Numbered from the whole stretch's first letter, positions 30,884-39,753 are shown. The stretch is 62,410 nt of DNA, filler included, from 7 parts of 7 records of this genome joined end to end with filler, not necessarily neighbours in it, one strand, 5' to 3'. Numbers and translations are program-made. The notes: generated by a model not told the origin, from the sequence alone.

Positions 30884-31088
30884 TTACTTCTTCACTACCC
30901 TGACAAACTTCAGAAACTTCGGCACTTCTCTCTTTTTCAGCGTATGCCTGTCGCCACGCCGCCATGTAAACCCACCGAACTGCCCACCTCGAATAGCTTC
31001 AAACCGATACTCTTCACCCTCAACCTTTGTTTCATCCGGTTTGTCAGATTGAGGGCTTTCCTCTTGTGTACTCTTACGTCTGGGCCAT
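30884..31088 (-). CDS. Small phage protein (~67 aa) hidden by a one-base insertion
   Basis: Strong RBS AAGGAGGGGAG before ATG 31088; removing one C from ATGGCCCAGA gives MARRKSTQEESPQSDKPDETKVEGEEYRFEAIRGGQFGGFTWRRGDRHTLKKREVPKFLKFVRVVKK, stopping just before the adaptor RBS. Confidence 0.6.
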
Positions 31089-31120
31089 AATACTCCCCTC
31101 CTTCATTACTTACAAAGTCA

Positions 31121-31516
31121 CTACTTGAGATTATGAAAAGCGTACTGCTCACTCGGTGTCAACCCAGCCCAATACTTACCGGCTGTCGCTGTACCGCTCT
31201 TATCCACTTCAAGAATAAGATATCTCTTATCCAGCGCCGGAACTTCAAACATAGCAGTAAAGCCTTTCGTAAGCTTTGCCACGGCATACTCTGGAGTAAC
31301 AAGAATCTCAGTCTTGTTCTCAGTACCAGCCTCATCATCAGCCAGATAAAGCTTGAAGTTTGCCGAAGTCAGACCAGCCCCATCTTCCGACATCTCCATG
31401 AAAAAGTTCAGACCCTTTACCCTGCCAAGTCCTTTGCCTCCCATATCAATAACAGTAGGCACACCATCAACAAGGCTCAGAGTCTGTGCAAAAAGATTTG
31501 CAACATCCATCAACAT
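31121..31516 (-). CDS. Capsid cement/decoration protein (Bbp16-like)
   Basis: 131 aa right after capsid gene; 'MLMD..NLF', 'KRYL.L...GTATAGK..AGL'. Confidence 0.75.
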   Translation of the reverse strand: MLMDVANLFAQTLSLVDGVPTVIDMGGKGLGRVKGLNFFMEMSEDGAGLTSANFKLYLADDEAGTENKTEILVTPEYAVAKLTKGFTAMFEVPALDKRYLILEVDKSGTATAGKYWAGLTPSEQYAFHNLK

Positions 31517-31573
31517 AATATATCTCCCCTATAACTATCAATTAATTTTAACCTGATTCAAAAAGAGGGTAGA

Positions 31574-32590
31574 CTACTCTACCACTCTCTCTTCATCAGT
31601 AAGAATTGCATCACACTCCTTGATCTTGTACCCCCAGAAACTCTTGACAGGCGCACCCTGAGTCTTGGTAATATCAATCGGACTAGTCTTCTTCTGCGAC
31701 AACTTAGTCAGTGCTGCTGCTACAGGAGTAGAACAGTAGATAACCGGACTAACACCCTGAATTGCCCTCACTGCATTTGGAATCTTATAGTATGCGTCTG
31801 TCAGCAGATCAATAAGATCAACAGCCTCAGCATCACCCTGTATAGCCTCAACCGGAATATTGGCAATACGCACAGTAGAACGCCAGTCTTCAATGCAGAG
31901 ACCGAGCTTACGAGTATAATAATCACGATAGACTGGACGACCGTCACCATCCCCATTCGTATCAATACTCTTACCAAAATCCTCACGATTGATACCGAGT
32001 GTTCCACCCTTTGGATATAAACCATAAACCGTCTGTGGCGACCAGTTCACAATCCAGATAGAAGTATTATCATCACCAATACCACCCGCATCGATCACGT
32101 TATACCCAATAGATTCCTTATCACTCGAAAGTCTACTGTAACGTGGAGTCAAACCGTCAAAACCACGAGGATCCTCTGCCAGACTGGCATAAAGCATCAT
32201 ATGAGCCGAGGTATTACCAATACCCATAATAGTAGCCTTGGACTCATCCACACGGATTGACGCACCATTACCTTCTGCCGCACTGCCGTCAATAAACTCT
32301 GCATCGATCTCAGCCCACGTCTCAATAGAACCTGTGGTATCAATCTGCTTCTGAGTAGTCGAACGACCCTTTGGAATATAATCATTGACCATTCGGAAGT
32401 GTGCGGAAGGTAGAGATGTACGGTACTTCGACTCATGATTCTCACCAGAGTTGCACTGCACCCACCCCATATCCTCCATAAACGGATCAGACTGCTGCAA
32501 AAACTCCACAGTCCTACCCATAACCTTGTTATCACCCACCAGCCGTGTCTTAACATCGGCAACAGTGAAATACTGATTCTTTAAAGCCAT
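31574..32590 (-). CDS. Major capsid protein (BPP-1 Bbp17-like)
   Basis: 'RTSLPS..FR..N', 'FDGL.PRY', 'DAGG.GDDNTSIW.V.W', 'G.YPKG', 'GL...DWR..VRIANI', 'DAIL..E'. Confidence 0.9.
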   Translation of the reverse strand: MALKNQYFTVADVKTRLVGDNKVMGRTVEFLQQSDPFMEDMGWVQCNSGENHESKYRTSLPSAHFRMVNDYIPKGRSTTQKQIDTTGSIETWAEIDAEFIDGSAAEGNGASIRVDESKATIMGIGNTSAHMMLYASLAEDPRGFDGLTPRYSRLSSDKESIGYNVIDAGGIGDDNTSIWIVNWSPQTVYGLYPKGGTLGINREDFGKSIDTNGDGDGRPVYRDYYTRKLGLCIEDWRSTVRIANIPVEAIQGDAEAVDLIDLLTDAYYKIPNAVRAIQGVSPVIYCSTPVAAALTKLSQKKTSPIDITKTQGAPVKSFWGYKIKECDAILTDEERVVE

Positions 32591-32631
32591 AACTTCCCCC
32601 TTTACTTAAAATAATATTACTGCTTCCCCTA

Positions 32632-33426
32632 TCAACCTTCTTTGAGCATCCTGTCACGCTTTGCCTGTTCCGGGAAGAATGCCTCTTCATCTGACACTTC
32701 CTTAGGTGGGGCACTGTGTCGAGTCTGTTCAATACCATCCTCTGCCGTACCTTTATGAACACTATTCAGAAATCTGTTGACTGCTAGATTATTACTGATC
32801 TTGGTATCCATCAGCAGCTTTTTAAACTCTTCTCCACCGTCATATTGATCCAAGACCTCAAGACTCTTCTGAATAGTCTCCTTATACTTTGCTCCGCCAA
32901 GCTCCGTATCAGTCTTAAGTTCCTTCTTCCACTGGATTGTCTGATTATCCCACTGCTTCTGCATAGCGACTTCAGTACGCCTCTGAGCCTCCAGACCAAG
33001 CTTCATCAGATGCTTTGCCTTATCCTTGCCAATACCGAGTTCTTTAAACTGCGAAGTCGTCTTGCCAAGCATCTCCTCATCAACATCCATCTCATCTGGA
33101 AAATCAAACTCATACTCAAAATCATCCTGATTTACTTCATCTTCTTCAGGATTTTCAGAACCACCGTCCTCTTTCTCATCAAAGACACTCCCACTGTCTT
33201 CATCATCTTCAGCAGGTTTTTCACCTTCTTCAAAAACGCTTCCATCATCATCCGTGCCTTCTTGCCCCGACTCTCCTGCATCTTCATCCTCGGAGCCTTC
33301 CTGCTCACCACCTGCCCCGATAGAGTCATCAACCCCAGAGTCCATGTTTCCTTCTGTAGAAACCTGCTCAGTACCAGCACCGATAGAATTATTAACCCCA
33401 GAATCCATATTCCCTTTGCCTGCCAT
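32632..33426 (-). CDS. Scaffolding protein
   Basis: Acidic disordered N-terminus, 'YEFDFP', 'W...LK.D.ELGG'; immediately upstream of capsid gene. Confidence 0.75.
   Translation of the reverse strand: MAGKGNMDSGVNNSIGAGTEQVSTEGNMDSGVDDSIGAGGEQEGSEDEDAGESGQEGTDDDGSVFEEGEKPAEDDEDSGSVFDEKEDGGSENPEEDEVNQDDFEYEFDFPDEMDVDEEMLGKTTSQFKELGIGKDKAKHLMKLGLEAQRRTEVAMQKQWDNQTIQWKKELKTDTELGGAKYKETIQKSLEVLDQYDGGEEFKKLLMDTKISNNLAVNRFLNSVHKGTAEDGIEQTRHSAPPKEVSDEEAFFPEQAKRDRMLKEG
33301..33414 (-). repeat. 63-nt (21-aa) tandem duplication at the scaffold N-terminus
   Basis: GNMDSGVNNSIGAGTEQ / GNMDSGVDDSIGAGGEQ; DNA copies at 33301-33351 and 33364-33414. Confidence 0.85.
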
Positions 33427-33454
33427 ATTATCCCCTTCATATCTCTAATTTCTC

Positions 33455-33862
33455 TTATCCACCAATACAACTGAAAGCTTGTTCCAGATACTCAGCAAAC
33501 ATCACACATCCCCATACAAAAGCCGAAAAACTCAGCAAATTCAGCACCCATGAGATATACGCTAACAACTTCCCGAATTTGTTCATACTGACACTCTGGC
33601 AAAACTGACACAGATAGGTAACTGCACAGCCGCCAATAACCAATATAAATCCACTAAAGAAAAGCTTCAGGCAATACATCAATTCCATAGCAGGTGAATA
33701 CACAATACCTGTTGTAATCATGGAAATAACCACCAGCAACATTGCCAGATTAGCAATAAACCCCATCGTAATTGTCAGTGAACCATAGCTGATAACACTC
33801 TTATAGATCACTGATTTCTGTTCCAGATACTCATTTCCTTTTACCCAGTCAGCTGTTTCCAT
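33455..33862 (-). CDS. Hypothetical 3-TM membrane protein inside the head module
   Basis: Likely start ATG 33862 (METADWVKG) behind GGAG, overlapping the upstream stop; three hydrophobic helices. Confidence 0.65.
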   Translation of the reverse strand: METADWVKGNEYLEQKSVIYKSVISYGSLTITMGFIANLAMLLVVISMITTGIVYSPAMELMYCLKLFFSGFILVIGGCAVTYLCQFCQSVSMNKFGKLLAYISWVLNLLSFSAFVWGCVMFAEYLEQAFSCIGG

Positions 33863-34400
33863 CTTCTTCTCCAATTTCAAAATCTTCCACAAATTCATCC
33901 TCACATACATCCCTGTTCAAAGCCTGCTCAGGTAGCATCTCTACCTTCTCCGCCTCTGCCTCTTCCGGCTTCTGCTTCTTTTCTACAGATTCCAGTTCAA
34001 TAGGATCTGCACCAACAAACCAGTCCATGATAATCGCCTGAATTGACTTCTTACCTTCATGATCCGCCTCTTCATAAGCAGCACGTAAATCAAGCATCAT
34101 CTGGTTAAATTGATTAAACCTGCCAAGATTAAAAGCCATTACTTCCGGAGAAGCTACCGTATTACCTTCATAATTCTCAAGGTCAAAACCATCCTGTAAT
34201 TTTTCAACATACCAGTCTCGATATTCCTTCTGACTGCACAAACGCACCAACCGCATATTTATTTCACGATTCTTCGCCTCTTGTAATAAGTCAAAAAGTT
34301 GCTGCTTATACTTGGCTGTTTCATCATCTTCATAATCACCAACAATCTGCAGCTTCTTCTCTAACTCAACCTCGTCATGTGATTTCACGCTTATCTCCAT
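33849..34400 (-). CDS. Hypothetical phage protein downstream of portal (Bbp19-like position)
   Basis: 183 aa; 'MAFNLGR' resembles the 'AFNEG.R' motif of this family; synteny. Confidence 0.6.
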   Translation of the reverse strand: MEISVKSHDEVELEKKLQIVGDYEDDETAKYKQQLFDLLQEAKNREINMRLVRLCSQKEYRDWYVEKLQDGFDLENYEGNTVASPEVMAFNLGRFNQFNQMMLDLRAAYEEADHEGKKSIQAIIMDWFVGADPIELESVEKKQKPEEAEAEKVEMLPEQALNRDVCEDEFVEDFEIGEEDGNS

Positions 34401-36138
34401 CCATTTCCATCATCTTCTGCAACATATCAACATCAGTCTCCGAAGCCTCTTTTGCTGTAGACACAGTCTGTTGTACCTGATCAGCCATAGCCTGTTGCTG
34501 CTGCATCTTCTGCCTGTCCTTACGAACCTTGTCAACCTCTTTATTATCCTTGGCCAGATCCTCCTGACAGAGAATAACGCTGACCTTTCTCAAGGCCTTA
34601 TCCCAGTCAACAACATCATTAGAGGCTGGATTCATCTGAATGATCGGTGCTACCGAAGTAATATACTGATTGAGTGCATTGATCTCACTCATCTTCTGAG
34701 CCTGCGCCAGAATAGATACATAATCAATCCTCAGTTCTCCGCCCTGAAGATCCTGTGGTGCCTGTGGAATAATATTGCCAATATCCAGAAGAATACTGAA
34801 GCATCGTTCAAAGATGTAGTCGAGAGCTTCTTTCTCCAAAAGTTCAATAACCGGAGTGATTCTGCCCAGCTTCTCCGCATTAATAGAACTCACTTCCGTA
34901 GCCGACATAGATTTATCTTTATTCATGATCGGAGTAAATAAATTTGCATAGAAGACTTCTCGGATATCTGCAATAAGACGATCCTGCAAGATAGATGCTT
35001 CTTTAAATGCACCATTTGTCTGATAGATCGGTGCGATCTGAGAACTCTGATTGAGACCAGCCGCATAAGTTACCCCATTCGGTTGTAGCCTGATCTGACT
35101 GTTTTTCATCTTACCGTCAGCCACTACAGGAGGACTAACAGCCTTACGCAACCCTTTAAGACCTTCATGCATTATCTGGTACAGCATCTTAATATCAGGA
35201 AGAGCCACACGAGCTGGACATGAACCGTATACCCTACCGGTCAGCTTCTCCCAACGTGGAGCCACAAACGGCTTACTTTTAAACCCACCGACTCTCAGAA
35301 CGATGCTTTCATCAGAACTACTATTACCATCACCCTGCCTGAAGAGATGCACGCTCTCCCAAGGCATATTGGAAGGATCTTTCTTTTCATCATCATAATT
35401 CTGCCGAGGCCTTATAACCTGAATTACCTCATATTTCTTTTCAGAGGTTTTTGATTCCCTGGACTCTTCAAGAATATTATCAGGCAGACGAAGTTCACCA
35501 TACTTATCAACAAGGCCTCTTGCTGAGTAATATGACTTACGCATCAACGTATCAACTTCATCCTTATGATTGGTATCCAGCCAATAGTCACCACATGACA
35601 GAGTGGTAAACCTGAATGCAGTATCAGGATCTTTCTCTATCAGAATAACCCCCTGACCGAATAATGCCATTTCACTGAATAACTGATACATTGCCCCATA
35701 GATATCAGCCTCATTGAAATAATGACGCAGGGTATCCCGTACTCCGCCTAACCATTTTTTCGCGCGAGTAGACGTATTCCCTGCGTCACCTTTAAAACCT
35801 ACATCAAACCACATCCGGGAAGGCGACACCAGACCGCCCTGCATACCAGACGCAAGTGCTTTCACAGCCAACTGAGGACTCGATGTCATCACCTTGCCCT
35901 GCCTGTTCCTGCCGTTATTGATTGATTCCTTGCCGGATAATGCAGCTGCCACCTCTGGAGAGATATTATCTCTGACCTCAATCCAGAGTGACTCCCACGA
36001 AGATCTCTCCTGCTCAAGAGACTTGATCAGATTTAGGTAAACCTGCGTATCGACCTTCAATACAGGTTTACTCTTCTTCTCAATATGCTCTTTCGTATCC
36101 TGCATGGATTCAAATTCTGAATATACTGAAGCACTCAT
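34375..36138 (-). CDS. Portal (T7-type head-tail connector)
   Basis: 'ALASGMQGGLVSPSRMWF', 'PRW...G.VYG.CP', 'MSATEV...EKL...PV', 'YVS.LAQAQK'. Confidence 0.93.
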   Translation of the reverse strand: MSASVYSEFESMQDTKEHIEKKSKPVLKVDTQVYLNLIKSLEQERSSWESLWIEVRDNISPEVAAALSGKESINNGRNRQGKVMTSSPQLAVKALASGMQGGLVSPSRMWFDVGFKGDAGNTSTRAKKWLGGVRDTLRHYFNEADIYGAMYQLFSEMALFGQGVILIEKDPDTAFRFTTLSCGDYWLDTNHKDEVDTLMRKSYYSARGLVDKYGELRLPDNILEESRESKTSEKKYEVIQVIRPRQNYDDEKKDPSNMPWESVHLFRQGDGNSSSDESIVLRVGGFKSKPFVAPRWEKLTGRVYGSCPARVALPDIKMLYQIMHEGLKGLRKAVSPPVVADGKMKNSQIRLQPNGVTYAAGLNQSSQIAPIYQTNGAFKEASILQDRLIADIREVFYANLFTPIMNKDKSMSATEVSSINAEKLGRITPVIELLEKEALDYIFERCFSILLDIGNIIPQAPQDLQGGELRIDYVSILAQAQKMSEINALNQYITSVAPIIQMNPASNDVVDWDKALRKVSVILCQEDLAKDNKEVDKVRKDRQKMQQQQAMADQVQQTVSTAKEASETDVDMLQKMMEMDGDKREIT

Positions 36139-36157
36139 TTACTTTCCCACTCCCCCT

Positions 36158-36604
36158 TTAGAACGGCACATCGTCATCATCATTAGATAGTCCGTTCGGA
36201 TTATCAACGCAATAAGCGTTAGTCAGATCAGTCGACTCTTCAAATCCCTGACCATCTTCAGCAAATCCTGTACGTTCCCCACCAGAATCACGCTTTCCCA
36301 CAAAAGACATATGCTTAATCACAAATGTCATTTTATTGACCCAGCTGCCATCTTTCTTCTTATAGTTTTCTGACTTTGGTGTACATTCAAACAGAGCTTC
36401 AGATCCCTTTTTCAAGTACTTTTCTATAACCCTTGCAGTTCCATCCCATGCCTGAAGATTATAGAAATACGCAGTATTTGCACTTTTATAAGTCTTGGTA
36501 TTCACCGCTAAGGTGAAATTACAGACATCCTTCCCGTTCGGAGTCTGCGTTACTTCAACATCCTTGGTAAGTTTCCCCTCAAGAATTGCGATACAATATC
36601 CCAT
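36158..36604 (-). CDS. ssb: Single-stranded DNA-binding protein
   Basis: OB-fold motifs 'G.LTKD.E...TPNG..V.NFTLAV', 'YLKKGS'; acidic tip DDDDVPF. Confidence 0.92.
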   Translation of the reverse strand: MGYCIAILEGKLTKDVEVTQTPNGKDVCNFTLAVNTKTYKSANTAYFYNLQAWDGTARVIEKYLKKGSEALFECTPKSENYKKKDGSWVNKMTFVIKHMSFVGKRDSGGERTGFAEDGQGFEESTDLTNAYCVDNPNGLSNDDDDVPF

Positions 36605-36607
36605 TGA

Positions 36608-36832
36608 TTATCCCCCCAGAGTCAATGATTTATCCTGTGCCTCAGCTGTTCCATCAAGTCCTGTCGTACTTGTAGCTACCGTACCACCTGCTGAACTTGA
36701 AGCCAGTGCTGCTGCATTATTATGAGCAAACTCATTCACTTTTTTTACTTGCTTCGATGCTACAGCCTGAACAGACTCGGCTGGAGGTGTTGGTGTAGCT
36801 CCTCCCCCACCAGTTGGCGCAGATCCACACAT
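36608..36832 (-). CDS. Small virion-associated protein (T7 gp6.7/7.3-like position)
   Basis: 74 aa, MCG start, low complexity, ends 'TGL...KSLTLGG'. Confidence 0.7.
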   Translation of the reverse strand: MCGSAPTGGGGATPTPPAESVQAVASKQVKKVNEFAHNNAAALASSSAGGTVATSTTGLDGTAEAQDKSLTLGG

Positions 36833-36844
36833 AAGATCCCCTCT

Positions 36845-37081
36845 CTATCCAAGTGTTGACAGCTTAGTATTCTTACTGTCGGTCTCTTCAGTTAGCCCAG
36901 CACCACCATTCTTCACGTTATTTGCACCATTTGTATTGGCCGCAAGTATCGCCTTCTGGTTTGCAGCTTCCTGATCCAGATCTTTATCAGCCTGTACCGA
37001 ACTTGGCGCAGAGGCCTGAACCGAACTTGCCACAGGTGTTGTTGAACTGCCTGAACTACCACTATTTCCCAATAAACACAT
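36845..37081 (-). CDS. Small virion-associated protein, paralog of 36608..36832
   Basis: ATG 37081 behind GGGGAG; MCLLG start, shares 'TP.A.SVQA' and ends 'AGL...KLSTLG'. Confidence 0.7.
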   Translation of the reverse strand: MCLLGNSGSSGSSTTPVASSVQASAPSSVQADKDLDQEAANQKAILAANTNGANNVKNGGAGLTEETDSKNTKLSTLG

Positions 37082-37100
37082 AGTAAAAGCTCCCCTTCTT

Positions 37101-38551
37101 TTAACATGCTGAATAATAATCAAACAAATCAGTATCATCATCAGTAACTACATTTCCTTCTCCCTCTTCCCAACAGCTTTCATCATAATCAGCATAAATA
37201 ATAGTTTCATCTGCAAATGTAAGCGCAAAAGCATCACCGAGATCAGGGGAGTGCTTCAGCCTGCGTTTCAATTTATCCTTACTCTCAAGTTCTATCTGAA
37301 CCCGTGGTGTAAATGAGTACTCTGGAGAGACCAGATCTTCGATAAGACTCTCATTACTCTCAATGCCGCCTCTCTCCAACCACTCCTTCATTCTTGCCCA
37401 GATCTCAGTCCTGCGATACTTATACCTCTCAGTGTCATCAGCATTCTCACCGAAATTAACCGCCTCAACCGGCAACTTCAGATCCAGCAGATTATCAACC
37501 ACACCAGCACCAAGACCACCGACATCGACACAGATCCGCTTGAATTTTCTTTTTCGATGTTCCTTGACCACCAGCTTGGTAAGCTCTGTGAGCGAGTTCT
37601 TTGGTATTACATGCAAAATTTTAGAGTAAAGCCCCTGTCGCAATATCAGGCAAGTTTTATCATCACCGTACCGAGTACGTCAACGCCGAGAACCTTTGCC
37701 TTGGATTCATACAGCTCCGGATCCCGCACCAGCTCAATCCATCGCCTAGTTGCACAGTCGACCAGATCACGGCTGATAAACTGCATATTACCCTCATCAG
37801 GAAATTCGCCCAGGACACGTACCCGATATTCGTTACTCTCTTCGCCAAACTGAGTCGCAATCTCATCAGCAAAGCCCGGCTTCACATTCGCACTATCAAG
37901 ACATGAGAGAGTGAAGTTAATCCACTTCTTCTTCTCGCCTTTTTTCTTTGGTTTGAAAGTATCAAAAAAGAATCCGGTATTCTTGGTTGGGTTACCGGTA
38001 AGCAGAAAGCGTGCACCATCAGTAGTAAGCGCACCCATAGCCACCTCAAAGATCACCTTATCCACACCAGAAGCCTCATCCACCAAGAACAAAAGGTTCT
38101 TTGCATGAAACCCCTGCAATGCATCAGGATTCTCTTTACGGGCTGTTCTGGCCTGAATAAAGGAATTTTCACGACCAATAATGGTCACTCTTTCAATTGT
38201 AATTTCGATTTTATCTTTGAACGGGGATCTCATATGACCATGCCACTTGCGTAGCTCACCCCACATGGTAGATTTAAGCTGCTCTTTACTCGGAGAAGTA
38301 ACCGGCACCTTACAGTCATCAAAGCAGGAAATAAACCACAACGCCAGACAGGCCAGCAGTGAAGTCTTGCCAACACCATGACCACTCTTAACGCTAATCC
38401 ATGCGTTAGACTTGGCCACAGCCAGACATATTTCTTTCTGTTGATCAGTAGGAACAAATTTAGGAATGACATCCTTGAAGAATGCGATAGGATCACTGCG
38501 CCATACAGGCAGCATCCTTGCTATATATTCGCTGGTTAATGCCTTAGCCAC
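37101..38551 (-). CDS. terL: Large terminase subunit; single apparent frameshift at ~37675
   Basis: Walker A 'SGHGVGKT', Walker B 'LVDEASG', 'TGNPT', 'RVLGEFP'; adding one base restores 'LGVDVxRYGDDKT'; C-terminal 'SPDLGDAFALTFA'; probable GTG start 38551. Confidence 0.92.
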
Positions 38552-38697
38552 AACCTCTTCCCCTTCCCATGCATATAGCCTGCCATATAACAGCACAAAG
38601 CTATTAATATGATGGGAAAACAGAAGGTAGTGTACACTCTCCCCAGAACACCACTACCAAATGTGGAAGACATCAACCGCACCACTAGATATTGTGG

Positions 38698-38725
38698 ATT
38701 TTATTCAACTTCAACCGAAAGTCAA
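38698..38725 (-). promoter_or_regulatory. Sigma70-like promoter upstream of terL
   Basis: TTGACT-16 nt-TAAAAT preceded by an A/T-only UP-like tract, about 150 nt before the terL start. Confidence 0.5.
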
Positions 38726-38941
38726 TATTAATTATAATTTTTTTTTAAATAAAGCTTTCTAAGCCACCCAAATATGCTAATAGGTGTAACCACTACTGGA
38801 ACACAACAAGCTTACAGCAGAGAGTTATCTGAGGGAATAATATAAGAAAATAATTTCTACTGAGGGATGCGTATGTAAGATTGTGGAGTATTCTAAAATT
38901 TTTCTATGGAGTACCTTGGCGGTTTATGGAATAAAGCGCCG

Positions 38942-39041
38942 NNNNNNNNNNNNNNNNNNNNNNNNNNNNNNNNNNNNNNNNNNNNTTAATTAATTAANNN
39001 NNNNNNNNNNNNNNNNNNNNNNNNNNNNNNNNNNNNNNNNN
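38942..39041. other. Artificial contig-joining spacer
   Basis: N44-TTAATTAATTAA-N44. Confidence 0.98.
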
Positions 39042-39359
39042 TTTTATCTGCATATCAATCCCCAATCCGGCCTTGTCTATGTCACGGACGAGACCATGGA
39101 AGAGGCTGAAAAAATCGAGGCCGCAGAGAAAAATGGGACCTATTACAACGGATCCGTGGATATCCTGAACCTTGAATACCCAGGCCGGACAAATCCGGTC
39201 AGGCAATCCCGGGTCCTTTTATTTTCCGCTGGGGGATACTCTGACCGGGTTCTGGTTCATTTAAGGGAAAAAGGGGGCCAGGTCACCTTGAAGGTGGGCA
39301 TGTTTGACACCCGGGTCAGGCTGTTTGACAGGTATTTGTCATATGACGACTGTATCTGA
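39042..39359 (+). CDS. C-terminal part of probable T2SS minor pseudopilin GspH
   Basis: Directly upstream of and overlapping gspI; 'LFSAGGYSD..LVHL'; N-terminus missing. Confidence 0.55.
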   Translation, partial: FYLHINPQSGLVYVTDETMEEAEKIEAAEKNGTYYNGSVDILNLEYPGRTNPVRQSRVLLFSAGGYSDRVLVHLREKGGQVTLKVGMFDTRVRLFDRYLSYDDCI

Positions 39360-39753
39360 CAATTGCCAGGGGTTTACCTTTATTGAGGTGATGGTGGCCA
39401 TGGCCATTATCGCCATTGTCATGACCGCTTTGTTCAGGATGCAGTCCGGATCATTTGCACTGGCCTCAGCCCAGCAGTTCAAGCTTGAGGCCAGGCTGCT
39501 TGCCAGTGAGCAGCTGGCCCTCATAGAGCAGGCCCCGGACCAATGGGCAGACACCCGGGGAATGTTTGGAGATGACCATCCAAATTATGAATGGGAATGC
39601 TCAATTGAGCCGGTGGGGTTCAGCCGGGACAGCGGCCTGCCACAGGCAGATGCCGGCACATTGGAAAAAATCGGGTTGACCATCATCAACACCCGGGAAG
39701 CGCGCAGGTTTTATGTTGAAACCTTTAGATATGTATCTGCCGTGGGCAAATGA
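39343..39753 (+). CDS. gspI: T2SS minor pseudopilin GspI
   Basis: Prepilin site 'QG|FTFIEVMVAMAII'; 'G.F...Y.W'; operon order. Confidence 0.85.
   Translation: MTTVSDNCQGFTFIEVMVAMAIIAIVMTALFRMQSGSFALASAQQFKLEARLLASEQLALIEQAPDQWADTRGMFGDDHPNYEWECSIEPVGFSRDSGLPQADAGTLEKIGLTIINTREARRFYVETFRYVSAVGK

Larger units (their letters stand above)
24812..38941 (-). mobile_element. Podovirus-type (BPP-1/T7-like) virion morphogenesis gene cluster: phage, prophage or phage-derived element
   Basis: Co-oriented TerL, T7-type portal, scaffold, capsid, cement, adaptor and ejection-protein-like genes with tight coupling. Confidence 0.9.

Noticed and set aside
24812-38941. Diversity-generating retroelement, given the BPP-1-like genes
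   Set aside because: No reverse transcriptase and no template/variable repeat pair seen on this contig
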